Shown here: positions 23,211 through 34,490 of the stretch, piece after piece
Layout: the number at the start of each line of letters is the position of its first letter
Numbering within the stretch: the first letter of the stretch is position 1
The notes under the pieces: generated by a model
What the model was told of the DNA's origin: nothing
The model's database searches: none
The model's input: only the letters and a program-made list of their open reading frames with translations
Source: an uncultured Nitrososphaerales archaeon
Lineage (GTDB): Archaea > Thermoproteota > Nitrososphaeria > Nitrososphaerales > Nitrososphaeraceae
Assembly (NCBI GenBank): GCA_963713605.1
Contig: CAVQMO010000010.1
Coordinates: 288,001 to 352,000, forward strand
Length of the DNA: 64,000 nt
Direction of reading: 5' to 3'
Made by a program: the position numbers and the translations under genes

Positions 23211-23450
23211 TTAATTTTGTATTTTAGGTATTTTGGTTGCCCATAAAACATAATCAATGATTTTTGACTGTAAGATCCTAGGATCATGATCGAGTAGTCT
23301 ATCATATTCTTCCCTGTCAATCTGCAACCAATCCATAAAATAATGCAGCCATCTATGATAGTACTCTCTAGTTACTTCTGAAGGTAAAGAGGAAATGAAA
23401 CGACGGTATACTTCTTGTGAGCTGAGTTTATAATCATTTTCTAAAGTCAT
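23211..23450 (-). pseudogene. Tyrosine integrase N-terminal remnant
   Basis: FISSLPSEVTREYY..WLHYFM...DPRILQSKIIDYV; truncated against the kinase remnant. Confidence 0.55.
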
Positions 23451-23502
23451 AAAACTATGACAATAAATAGATGATAGTAATATTTATGCTAGCCTACACA
23501 AA

Positions 23503-23519
23503 CTAAAACCTTATTTCTA
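23503..23519. repeat. 17-bp direct repeat CTAAAACCTTATTTCTA, copy 2
   Basis: Identical at 20201-20217. Confidence 0.8.
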
Positions 23520-23596
23520 CGTAGATGTATTAATATGTTGAATTAATGTAGGTGTCCAAGAACAAATTTGCTCGTTAGCAGAAGGGAGTTACGCAT

Positions 23597-24299
23597 ATGA
23601 ACCTCATGTTATATAAGGCAATATCAAAGCAGTATAATGACCATGAAATTCTTGCATATGTAAATCATATGATCCCACAGAATGTGTTGTCGCAATTTAA
23701 AAACAATAACTATCAAGCAGATCAAACTTTTAGAGTTATACTTCAGTGGTTTAAAAATGACTTTATGAAATGGATGCCGAAGAATTTGCAATGTAATGTA
23801 TGCAATGTACAAATGAAACTGCAACTTTCGCCAGGCAATTCATGGAAAGTAAGAGCTACCGAGATTTACGAATGTATCAAATGCGGTTCAAATTCTGTTT
23901 TTCCGCGATACGGTGAAATTAGAAAAATTGCAGATACTCGGGTAGGAAGATGTAGCGAATGGTCGATGCTTTTTGGGGCTATTTTAAATTCATTGTCATT
24001 TCCCACTAGAATTGTACATGACTATCTAGATCATTGCTGGAATGAGACTGTACATTAGATCAAAATGGAGACACATAGATTCAACTTTAGATTACCCAAT
24101 TTCTTTCAACCATCCCCATTATTATGAGCAGAATTGGAGCAAAGAATATGAGCATGTCATAGCATTTTCTTCCAACAATATAGAGGATGTTACCAGATTC
24201 TATACCGAGAAATGGGATACTGAAGTTTTGATAAGGAGAATGAAAAATAAGACTGATAGAAAGATTAGCATGCTCTCTAAAGAATATCTTAGATTATGA
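23597..24299 (+). CDS. Peptide:N-glycanase (Png1/NGLY1)-like transglutaminase-fold protein (one extra base near 24050)
   Basis: LQWFKNDF, CNVC, YECIKC, FPRY, TRVGRCSEW, DHCWNE, WRHIDS, YEQNWSK, VIAFS, EDVTRFY. Confidence 0.8.
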
Positions 24300-24901
24300 T
24301 TTGCAGTTTACAAATAGTAATAGGCTTTGACCCAATAAATGAATGGCCGTCCACCTTGTTATCATTGATCTTTCTTTGCATTAAGTAATAAAATATAAGT
24401 GGCAAAGGCGGTAGCTCAATCTAGGTTCTTGACTGTATTCGGTATAATGAATGAGAAGTATATTGACCCTCCAAAGACTGTTTGACCTTTAACCCTTACC
24501 GTTCTCTGCAGTATATAATGGAGTCTTATAGAGTTATCACTACTGTAAAGTTTATTTTATTTCTGTACTCTTTTGTTACGGATTGCAATTAGTGAATTAA
24601 ACTGCTATCATACTAGTCGTTATTATTAATGGGGCTACATTGGTAACGTTCTCGGATGAATCACTAGTGATAAGCTGGTAATAATTGTCAATTTGGAGGT
24701 GTATAATGCCAATGTCAGATCCCCAACCCATGTGCCGTTTTAATTCTTCGGTTGCGACCATATGGTACCTGTGTAACGGTCGTCAGTTTATTACATACTA
24801 TATCGTAGTGATTGCTTTTAATTTTTTGTTTTAAGTGACCATAACTACTAATGTAAGTCAGCAGCCAATTTGACTGTCCGTTATCTGGAGTATTGGTCCC
24901 A

Positions 24902-24932
24902 CCAACGATAAATAATGCCAACGATAAATAAT
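24902..24932. repeat. Tandem duplication CCAACGATAAATAAT x2
   Basis: 24902-24916 and 24918-24932, just upstream of ATG 24938. Confidence 0.85.
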
Positions 24933-24937
24933 AGGAT

Positions 24938-25306
24938 ATGCAAAAGAATGAATCTTCTGCAAAAAGTGCAAAGGATATCGTGATGGAGTATCTGCGGGCT
25001 GCGGAGCGCCGGGATTTTAAATCGGCCAGAGGCTATTTAAGCAATAACATATCGTACGTGTCGCCGCTTAATTCGTTTGATAAAGCTGAACCATACCTGA
25101 AATATTTTGAACACGTGAACCTACCCAAATTAGACATCAAGAAGGGGTTCGCGGATAGCAACGATGTCTGCATCCTCCACGAGTTAAAGGTTGGCACGCC
25201 ACCAGTAACATCCCTTGTGTGTACTTGGTTTCATGTTGATGATGATGGAAAAATAAGTTCGATTAGGGTGGTTTTCGATCCACGACCTTACATTCAGCAG
25301 AAGTAA
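24938..25306 (+). CDS. SnoaL-like/NTF2 protein
   Basis: AKDIVMEY...DVCILHE...WFHV..DGKISSIRVVFDPRP. Confidence 0.85.
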   Translation: MQKNESSAKSAKDIVMEYLRAAERRDFKSARGYLSNNISYVSPLNSFDKAEPYLKYFEHVNLPKLDIKKGFADSNDVCILHELKVGTPPVTSLVCTWFHVDDDGKISSIRVVFDPRPYIQQK

Positions 25307-25325
25307 GGAAGGAGTAGGACAGGTC

Positions 25326-26268
25326 ATGAAAGCTATCCAGATCAAGAAATACGGTAGTAACGATATGGTTGAGGTCAATGAGACAGCATCAGGTACCAAA
25401 TATATCTCCAGGAAAAATTCTGGTCAACATAGAGGCCGCTGGAGTAAATCCAGTAGATTGGAAAATCCGAGAAGGATATATGCAACAAATTATGCCACTT
25501 CAATTCCCTTCAACTCTGGGAATAGATTTTTCAGGTGTTGTCAAACATCCAGAAGAAGATGCGCCTTCAGATTTCAAGCAGGGTGACGAAGTATACGGAC
25601 AAGCCTCGGTATTCAGCGGTGGCTCCGGAGCGTTTGCAGAATTAGCTTTAGCAAACAAGGATAGTATCGCACGCAAACCAAAAACGCTAAATCATTTAGA
25701 GGCCGCAGCATTACCACTTGTTGGTGTTAGTGCTTGGCAGGCACTTGTGGAGTACATTGGATTATCAAAGGATAAGAAAATTCTAATCCATGGTGGAGCA
25801 GGAGGAATAGGATCTATAGCCATACAACTTGCAAAACATCTAGGCGCATATTTGGCAACTACTGTAAATGCATGTGATAAACAGTTTGTACAAGAATTAG
25901 GAGCAGACCAGGTGATAGACTACAAGACAGAGAATTTCGAAGATATGGTGCATGACTATGACGTAGTTTTTGATACTGTTGGCGGCGAAACAAACAAGAG
26001 ATCGTTTAAAGTTTTGAAGAAAGGTAGCGGCATGATTGTTTCCACGTTAGAACAACCAAATTCAGAGCTAATGAATCAATATGGAATCAGAGCAGTATTC
26101 TTGCTCAGTCAAGTGAGTAGACAACGATTGACAAAATTAGCAGAATGGGTAGATCAAAATAATATTAAAGTGAACATTGACAAGACGTTTTCACTAGGCG
26201 AAGCTGCTAAGGCACTTGATTACCAAAAAGAGGGACACCCAAGGGGTAAAGTAGTCTTAACTGTATAA
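25326..26268 (+). CDS. NADP-dependent MDR-family oxidoreductase (one extra base near 25392)
   Basis: MKAIQIKKYG, AAGVNPVDWK, GIDFSG, LIHGGAGGIG, GKVVL. Confidence 0.92.
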
Positions 26269-26954
26269 GATCTTGGATTGCATACAAATGTGTTATAGAT
26301 GTCATAAGGATATAGAAAAGTTAAGGGCATGGTTAGTGTACAGAAGCTAAATAACCAAAAACACTCGAACCCTAGTATATGCGGTGTCAGGATCCCGAAG
26401 GACAGAGCTATACTGACCTACACTCTACACAGTAGAGGGTAGGGCAGCCAGTCTGAGGACATGAATTGATTTTCAGACAAATCCCACCGAACCCGGACCA
26501 AAGAGCTGTTGTCTCTTGCCTTCCATGTACCAACGCTGCGATTGCAAACACAAAATCAATCTTCCTATTAACAGAGCAATTATCCACAGCTCGGTATCTG
26601 ACGGGTGGATACCAGGGTAGCTGATTTTAAGAAGGGCGAACGGGCTTCGAACTAGATGTGAGGTAGACAATCCTTACAAACGCAAAACAAGGTTGAATGG
26701 AATAGAATCTTGAGGAGAAGGTAGATAATTACAAGAATCAATCTAGGACGTTTGAGTAACTTGTTTTGCTCTTATCGTAGTCCGTGTCTTGTGGCGTACT
26801 TGTTGCTGTTCGTAATGCTGTAGTAAGCTTACTCATCGAAGGGTCTATGCGTACCATGTTCTTAGTATTGTGTATGCTTTCTCTCGCATTGCCTTTCTAT
26901 GTCGCTGCCAACTAATCGCTACTTCTAGCGGTATAATTGTTAAAATGAGTTGAG

Positions 26955-27681
26955 ATGAGTAATTATATGAAGACAAACAAGATGAAATCATCAAATATGA
27001 ACAATCTATCAAATGGTTATAGCAGTATATTTTCTAGCCCCACAGTACCCAGTTTCTCGTTGCTATTATTATTGTCATTTTTAACCCTATTATTAGTATT
27101 TTCTCAAAGTGCTGCTATGGCTGCAGTAGACATTGATACTTCCGGAGATGGAAGAGCAGCTGCTTTTAATGGCGAAGAAGGAATTGCCACAGACGGGGAT
27201 AGCTTCTGCAGCATTACAGATGATATTGCAGGAGGAAAGTTTTCATCATTATTTGAAGGGATAGTAGGAGAGTGTGATAATTCACAAATATCAAACCAGT
27301 TTCTGGTGGAGTACTCATATACAAAGAATCCTGTAAAGTCAGGAGAAAAGACCTATCTTACAATAGCTGTTAAGGATAAAGAAACTGGAAATCCAATCTC
27401 AAATGCATATCTAACACTAGATATCAAACCTACATCATCATTAACCACATTCGAAACTAGTACGGTTGGTGCCGCAGTAGCCGCTGCCAGGTATATCCTC
27501 AAATCAAAAAGTAGGACAAGACAAAGCAACTCAGACTATGTATACAGATAACGATGGACGTGCAACGTTTACTGTACAAGTAGGATCTAAATCGGATTTA
27601 GGTACATATGATACAGAACTCGAAGTTGCAAAAGATAGTTATCAATCAAGTTTCGAACAAATAGATCTTCGTGTGGTATAG
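26955..27681 (+). CDS. Secreted hypothetical protein, frameshifted near the 3' end
   Basis: Hydrophobic signal; Ig-like KNPV..GEKTYLTI.V.D; frame continues ...TDNDGRATFTVQVG to TAG 27681. Confidence 0.55.
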
Positions 27682-27870
27682 GAAAAATTTCAATACTCTC
27701 CTTTTGATCTTACTTGTCTGGAGTTAATGAGTTCTTACTCTATAACAAGATTTGCATGCGTATCAGATATTTTTAGTCGAAGTCTGGCTATGCCCTGTTC
27801 TATTCTGGTTAAAACTGCATCCCAATCGGGATACGCAATATATTTTAACAGTATTCTGCCCAATATCATT

Positions 27871-28296
27871 ATGGAATACAAATTCCTGCTCAAATCTCTG
27901 GCCGGTAACTGGACTAGAAGGAGATGGCTGGATTTTCGGAATGGTCATAGTGTTTATCTAATATTTTTGATGACATTTGCAAATTTTGTTACGATACAAT
28001 ATGGCCTTCTCATTGACCAGGTACCTTTCTTAAAGAATCTATTTGAAAGTATTTGGCTATTCGCCGTCATTTACGTTTCTGTATATGTACCCGTAGCAAT
28101 TGTTATTGGGTATTGGCACCGCAAAACTCAATGGAGAGTAGAACAGCATGCCTTATTTAAGGAGAACGTAATAGGGGCAACCATGTGGTTATTTGTCATA
28201 GATCTTATTGACGGTAGAGTTTCTGAAGAGGAAAAGAAACAGATGAGAGATATGCTATCCAAGATTGTACGAAAGCCACCTAAGCCACCTACGTAG
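27871..28296 (+). CDS. Two-TM membrane protein
   Basis: RRRWLDFRNGHSVYLIF...IGYWHRKTQW; ATG near 27870-27871 likely start. Confidence 0.7.
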   Translation: MEYKFLLKSLAGNWTRRRWLDFRNGHSVYLIFLMTFANFVTIQYGLLIDQVPFLKNLFESIWLFAVIYVSVYVPVAIVIGYWHRKTQWRVEQHALFKENVIGATMWLFVIDLIDGRVSEEEKKQMRDMLSKIVRKPPKPPT

Positions 28297-28826
28297 GAAT
28301 GTAACCAGGTTGTTTATGCTTCTCTCCTGGTCGTCCTACCTTTTATTATGAGAAAGATTTTTAGTCATTATAGCTCATATACTAATACCAGCAGCCAGCA
28401 GTTAGCAAAATCCAGGATAGACGACCATATTTGGCTTCACAATCGATATTGGCCGCCAATTAAGAGAGTATAGGAGAGTCATATTCATTTCCACCGAAAG
28501 CGATTATTCTAAGTTGGTTTTAGAAAATGAACCCGTAACATCGTCAATTGGAGGTCAAGAGTCATCTAGTAAAGAAGATTCAGTCTAAATGTGACATACG
28601 ACGGTTGCAGAAAGGTTAAGAATATCAATAACTACAATAATACTGCTTCATTCATTGAAGCAAAGCACTAGATTCCTATCTCTGGGGTATAGCTAGATAT
28701 CTGCCTTTATGGTCTAGTTATATCCCACTGGCTGCTTGAGCAAGGGACCAGAGGTCATATATGGTCGTACAGAAGGGAGAGGGGTAGATTGTATCCTCCA
28801 CTAAAAGGTTTTCTGTATTTCATCAA

Positions 28827-29003
28827 AAACTTTATACAAAATTCGTTACTAAATCGGACACGGGAGGTACTGGATTGGGCCTATTTATTTCCAAAAGTAT
28901 AACCAAAAAACATGGCGGGGATATATGGGCTGAGAATAATAACTATGACGGGGATACGGGAGCAACGTTCACATTTAGTTTGCCAATGAATATCCCACCT
29001 TAG
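28827..29003 (+). pseudogene. Second orphan HATPase_c C-terminal fragment
   Basis: KLYTKFVTKSDTGGTGLGLFISKSITKKHGGDIWAENN...GATFTFSLP. Confidence 0.85.
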
Positions 29004-29294
29004 AAAGATAAGGTGTTCTTAAAGAAATGTGCTTCAGTCCTAAACTTAAATGAAATAGAAAAGATACTAGAGCATATTCAAACCCAGCGAATAAGTTAGG
29101 GATTCCAGCGTTGCAAATCTATTTTGCAATTATGTTATATTTTACATCTTGTGCGAAAGCTTGTTCTGGTTCGCTTTTGTTGGCTGATGATGGTAATCCA
29201 TTTAGAGATTTACAATCTAGATGAATTGCGCACAATTATTATTCCATATGGTAAACTGTAACATTTTTAACTGATTATAGCGTCGTCTATTGAC

Positions 29295-29723
29295 TTGCAT
29301 AATGAGGACGTGAGAAAGGAAGTTGGAATCACTAGGACACTGATAGAGTTACACAGATACTATCTTCAAGATAACAAATTTGATGAAGGTGACTTAATCT
29401 ATTACAGGATAAACTATAGGCTTGAGGCCTTATTTGGGATAGAAAGGCAGAAGGCTCAAAGCCTGCATGCAGCATACCATAAGGATATTCCAAGATCAAT
29501 TTCTGAAGGATATTGTCATATCTGCGATACCATTGTTAAGTTTATTCCGATAATATATGGAGCATCAGAAAGAGAAAGAAAATCGTTGGAAATGGCACAA
29601 CACAAAGGAAAATTAATTATAGCAAATTTGGATTGTATTGTAATAAAGGAAGGAGTTAAAATACCATTATTTGGATGCAAGATTTGTAAGACTGCATTAC
29701 CAAAATATGGTACTATGCCATAG
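29295..29723 (+). CDS. Hypothetical protein with two CxxC pairs
   Basis: GYCHIC...PIIYG...GCKIC. Confidence 0.65.
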   Translation: MHNEDVRKEVGITRTLIELHRYYLQDNKFDEGDLIYYRINYRLEALFGIERQKAQSLHAAYHKDIPRSISEGYCHICDTIVKFIPIIYGASERERKSLEMAQHKGKLIIANLDCIVIKEGVKIPLFGCKICKTALPKYGTMP

Positions 29724-30239
29724 TTCAGGTGCCTACCGACTGGTTTACTAATTTTTGTAGATAACACTGAAGAAATTGCATTTTAGATGATATTGCTATC
29801 TTCAAATAGTAATGTACATATCTTTTCCAACTGCCAATAGTAGCTCAAGCTTCCTTTTTAGCTATCAATTAAATAGATAGGTACTAGTCCATAATTCTAC
29901 TCCACACATGATACTCATCATTTTCCATACTTTCTTCAAGGACGTCTAAGAAGTTATCTTTGTCCGTTACCTTCAAGCAATAATTGCAGATCCACTTCAT
30001 AAGAGTATAACGATAGTATTATAGAAATGTGTTTCTAAGAGCAATAATTGTGTTCGATAAGCCTCAAATATGAATGGTCTCACAAGAAAATATCAAAAGA
30101 CGTTCAGAGGTTAGTGAACACCAGCGTTGAGGAAAAAGAATCTGTGCTGGTCTGTAAAGTTTGTTGAACGTATGAAAAACCCATTTCGATCTTATACGTA
30201 TAGGCTTTCAGAATAGTTAATGCATACCCTTAGCTAGAT

Positions 30240-30725
30240 TTATTCTAATTCTGCTCTAATGAGTCTTAACAGTTGTTCAGCAGTAATTGGCTTCCTAATG
30301 AAACAGCCTATACTCTTTAGTGGATGCACTTCTCTTGCTGCATCCATATTTATTTCTCCAGAGGTCATAAAACAAACCCTGACATTGAGGTCCTTCTGTA
30401 ATAATTTTTGAGCTAATTGAAAACCATCCATCATAGGCATGTTTACATCAATTAGTAATAGATCATAGAAATTAGGTCTGAATTCTAATAAAGCGGTTAC
30501 GGGATTATCATAACTATAAACCTGCATAGTTGGATCACTTTCTAGTCCAATGCGTAAGGTAAACACAATGTCAGAGTTATCGTCAACCACTAGAACCCTC
30601 TTGTGCAGTTGGGGACCATGAGAGAATTGTGATGAAGATGATTCTATTTGGTTCGGTTTTAACTTTCCTGTATGAACGGTCCCATTCTTGGGCTCTAGAT
30701 TATCAGTGGGATCTTCTTTATTCAT
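30240..30725 (-). CDS. Stand-alone response regulator receiver
   Basis: VLVVDD, LLIDVNMPMMDG, FMTS, FIRKP. Confidence 0.92.
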   Translation of the reverse strand: MNKEDPTDNLEPKNGTVHTGKLKPNQIESSSSQFSHGPQLHKRVLVVDDNSDIVFTLRIGLESDPTMQVYSYDNPVTALLEFRPNFYDLLLIDVNMPMMDGFQLAQKLLQKDLNVRVCFMTSGEINMDAAREVHPLKSIGCFIRKPITAEQLLRLIRAELE

Positions 30726-31322
30726 CTCGTCCTAAAATCAACTATTTATGATGAAGCTGTAAAAGCCCAAGGAATAAAAATCTTATGATGTTTTTTAACA
30801 GATATTATGATATTTTCATCTGTCAAAATTAGAGGAAGAAGATTTTTTACTGTAATTAGAACATCATTGTAAATCCCCGAAGTCCCTTCATACTTTTATC
30901 GATTTATCTAACTGTTCTGCACCGGATCTTCTGGTCGATTGATACTAACTGAGAAAGGGTAAAATCTATCCGAATATTCAAGTCACTTCTTCAAATATGT
31001 GGTGTTGGTGATAACAGTAGAGGTCCAGGGGATAGTTGTCATACAGAAATAGAATATCTTATCAATCTCCTATTGTACAACTGTTCCGTAGGACCATTTT
31101 TTTAGGTGCATCAGAAGTATATCCTGAGACAACAAAAGATGATGAATGAATAACTTGGTCACCATTTCGCCGTCCAACCTTCGTATGAGATATCAAATGG
31201 TTTTGATCCTGCAGCAGGTAGGGCAACCAGGATTCTTGTCTCATAATTTCCTGGTCGTCCTTACTTTTTTCTAATAATTTTTGTGCCGCACCGTTATTAA
31301 CCAGTATCATACGTGTGACTAA

Positions 31323-31565
31323 CTGCCAGCAAATTTTTTTCTAACAAGCAAAGCAACAATTGACGTTCCAGTAAATGTGGCACTCCAGTACAGCCATAGA
31401 TTATCCAGAAGTTAAAGCAGGAGCCAATGAACATGCAGGATTCATTGATGCTCCAGATATGAATGCAAGAAAAAAATTGTCAAGGCAACTATTCCTCCGA
31501 TGACAAGTCCGCCGTATCCTCTTAATTCTTTGGTATAGACAACCACCACTATTACAGCCATCAAG
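31323..31565 (-). pseudogene. Aquaporin/MIP C-terminal remnant
   Basis: LMAVIVVVVYTK..GYGGLVIGGIV, FISGASMNPA, LWLYWSATF; frameshifted, N-half absent. Confidence 0.8.
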
Positions 31566-31663
31566 TATCTACTGGATCCAGTCGTTGACATTCAGACATT
31601 ATTTTTAGATTGTATGTTTTCACCTTGACCAAAAACCTTAATTAATATCAATAAAAATTTCTG

Positions 31664-32885
31664 ATGATGGCGACAAGTTCATCAGAACACAAGTCTCAAA
31701 ATAAGAAGATTACGCGTCTTGATTTTCTGAAATTAGCGGGGGCTGCAGGAGCAGTAGGTGCTACTTTACCATCACTTTTATCGTTTAACCAAGTCATTGG
31801 TGGTAGTGGTACCCATAATAATAATACTAATAATATCAATATTAACCAGACTTCAAGCAATACGAATACAAGAATGAATAAAACATCATCACCATTTCAT
31901 ATCTTTGATTTGGACGGTGCTAAACCACAATTCCAGACTATAACAGGAAGCATGACCACAATGAATGCAGATAACTTTCCAATATTAGCAGGGATGGGAG
32001 CGGTTTTGCTTCGTCTGCAGAAAGGCGGAGTGCGCGAACCCCACTGGCACGCCAATGCAGCTGAGTTAAGTTATTGTGTTGCTGGAAATGCTAGAATGAC
32101 CATCTATGGTCCTAATGCCCGTCGTGATACATTTACGATAAACCCTGGACAGCTAACCTTTGTCCCAAGAGGACACTGGCACAACGTAGAAAATATTGGT
32201 AATGAGGAGGCAAAATTTGTTATTGTATATAATAATGAACGTCCAGAAGATTCTGGGTATCTCAGAATCTGTTGGTTCTATGTCTGCACGAGTTTTAGAT
32301 AGAATATTTGGAATCACCTCAGGATGTAATCATAGGACCAAAATCAGCCGTCTTTTCAAGTAGCATCCAGGTTCAGATTCCAAATACTAATCCACATACA
32401 TTGAACTTGGCCGGTATCACTCCACAAATACAGACTTCGGGAGGAACTGGTGCATTGGGGATGGCTACTGATTTTCCAATACTCAAAGGTTTGGCATTGG
32501 TTTCTGATACGTTTGAAGCCGAGTGGAATCGTAGAACCTCACACTCATCCAAATGCAGTCTGAATTGAACTATGTTATTAATGGAAAAGTACGTTTCACA
32601 GTCTTTGGACCAAGTGGTGAGGTTGAGACATCCGAGATCGGTAAGGGTCAAGTCTTTTTTGTCCCATCTGGATATTTTCACTATCTAGAGAATCCCGATA
32701 GTATAAGAGATGGCACTGTGGCTTCCTTCTTTAATAATGAGAATCCAGAATTTATAGGTATTGGAGGAGGACTCAGTGCCTATTCTGACGAAGTTTTAGG
32801 TTCTGTATTCAATAAAGAACCAATATTCTTTAGTAGCCTCCCACGACTGGAGAAGAACGTGTTCATTACATCAGGAACAGAATAA
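31664..32885 (+). CDS. Oxalate decarboxylase-like bicupin with Tat-like leader (several frameshifts)
   Basis: TRLDFLK leader; GGVREPHWHANAAEL...GHWH and SGIVEPHTHPNA.ELNY...GYFH cupin motifs. Confidence 0.8.
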
Positions 32886-33344
32886 GATGGAAGTACAGCG
32901 AAACAACAGCACCTCCAATATGATGTATGATGATCATACAACGATATCAATAACAGCCAAGGATATGAATGAATGACGAGAGTAATTAGATCCTACGGCT
33001 TGGATGTAATAAGGTAATGAAGATCCTATATTTACCGTGTTTCTTTTATATAAATGTCTCACCTTAGGATCAGACAAGGTTATCCGACAATGGCTTTAAG
33101 GTACTTTCAAGGAAAACTATAGGTTAGTAGCATGTCGAGCAACCCTTTTAGCTCTTCCTATCACTTCCGCTGCTGTTGTCACTGGTACTGACATGGCCGC
33201 ATTGCCGTAGAAGCTCCAAGAATTTCAGTTCGGGATTCTGTACAGCGAGATAGGGTTACAATGCTAATTTGGTTGCACCTTTCAGCAATGATTCCTTGCT
33301 CATTTGTGGTGCCCTATCTTTTCCTCAATGTCAGTCTATTGCAG

Positions 33345-34136
33345 TCAATTATATCGAGTTTTGTTGATACAGTAGTACATCCTGCTCAAAGACAGATAAT
33401 TATTTGAAGGCCGTCGGGAATTGAACTGTTCCAAGACAACATCAGTTACCATCGCAACGATCTTTGGAATAGTTCTTGCTGCCTCAATGATTTCTTTTTG
33501 TAATGATGCATCAGATTCAATGACTAACGATCCTTGCATAATAGTAACGTTGATACCAAAAGAATTATCAAACCTTTTCCATTTCAGAATAGAAACCCCC
33601 GAATCGTTGATTTTTCCTACCCATCTAAGATTTTCGAACCATTTTCCTGTTAGCTTTGAGGTTATACGATCAATATCAAATTTAGTAAAATGCATATCCA
33701 AATATGCCAGTTGGGTATATTTTCTGTCCTTATTGTTGCTATTCATTGAAGTTGTGGCCATGCCTAGATGTCGTCCTAATTTAGTCAATCGAAATCCATA
33801 ATGTTTGATTTGTTCAATCAGGCCCAGATCAATGAGTCTCTTAATCGATCTACTAAGGCTTTGCTGATGCATATTAAGCTCCCTTACTAATCCATTGAAT
33901 GTATAGCTAGGGTCACCATTTGCAGCGCTTTTTAACAGTAACAGGATCTTGTTATCGTTATCATGTAATTCATTCAATGTTCTTGAATTTAATACAAATG
34001 ACTTGTTGCCATCGGTGCCATCAACCAACAGTGCCTGTTGACTTGGTAAGCCACCACGTGATTCAGAATACATGTCATCTGGCAATCTAGCACGATCTCC
34101 TTCATTATCCACTGGAATATCTGATTCGTTTGACAC
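33345..34136 (-). CDS. Winged-helix (MarR-like) domain protein
   Basis: YTFNGLVRELNMHQQSLSRSIKRLIDLGLIE...GFRLT. Confidence 0.8.
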   Translation of the reverse strand: MSNESDIPVDNEGDRARLPDDMYSESRGGLPSQQALLVDGTDGNKSFVLNSRTLNELHDNDNKILLLLKSAANGDPSYTFNGLVRELNMHQQSLSRSIKRLIDLGLIEQIKHYGFRLTKLGRHLGMATTSMNSNNKDRKYTQLAYLDMHFTKFDIDRITSKLTGKWFENLRWVGKINDSGVSILKWKRFDNSFGINVTIMQGSLVIESDASLQKEIIEAARTIPKIVAMVTDVVLEQFNSRRPSNNYLSLSRMYYCINKTRYN

Positions 34137-34490
34137 TAAGTTATGATTTCTACCATTTTCTCCAATATTAGCCTTTTCGCTTCGCTAAGGAACAAAGGAG
34201 CTTCAACTGAATTTCAAAGACAGGGATGTACGGTTCTACGATGATATGCACGAAAGAACACCAATATAGATAGTTAGCAATTTTTTGTCCCAGATGGATG
34301 AAATGAATTTATGCGTCAAAAGATGGTGGTGGAAGGAGACATAAGACACTGTTTTTAGTTCAAAAAAGGTTGGATTAAATCTATTCGTGTTCCATTAGTG
34401 TACTTGTCTTAGAATTACAAAAAAATATAGTATAATCCCTCATAATACGTATAAATCATTTTACTTACTAATTTAGGGGAGATTGAGACA

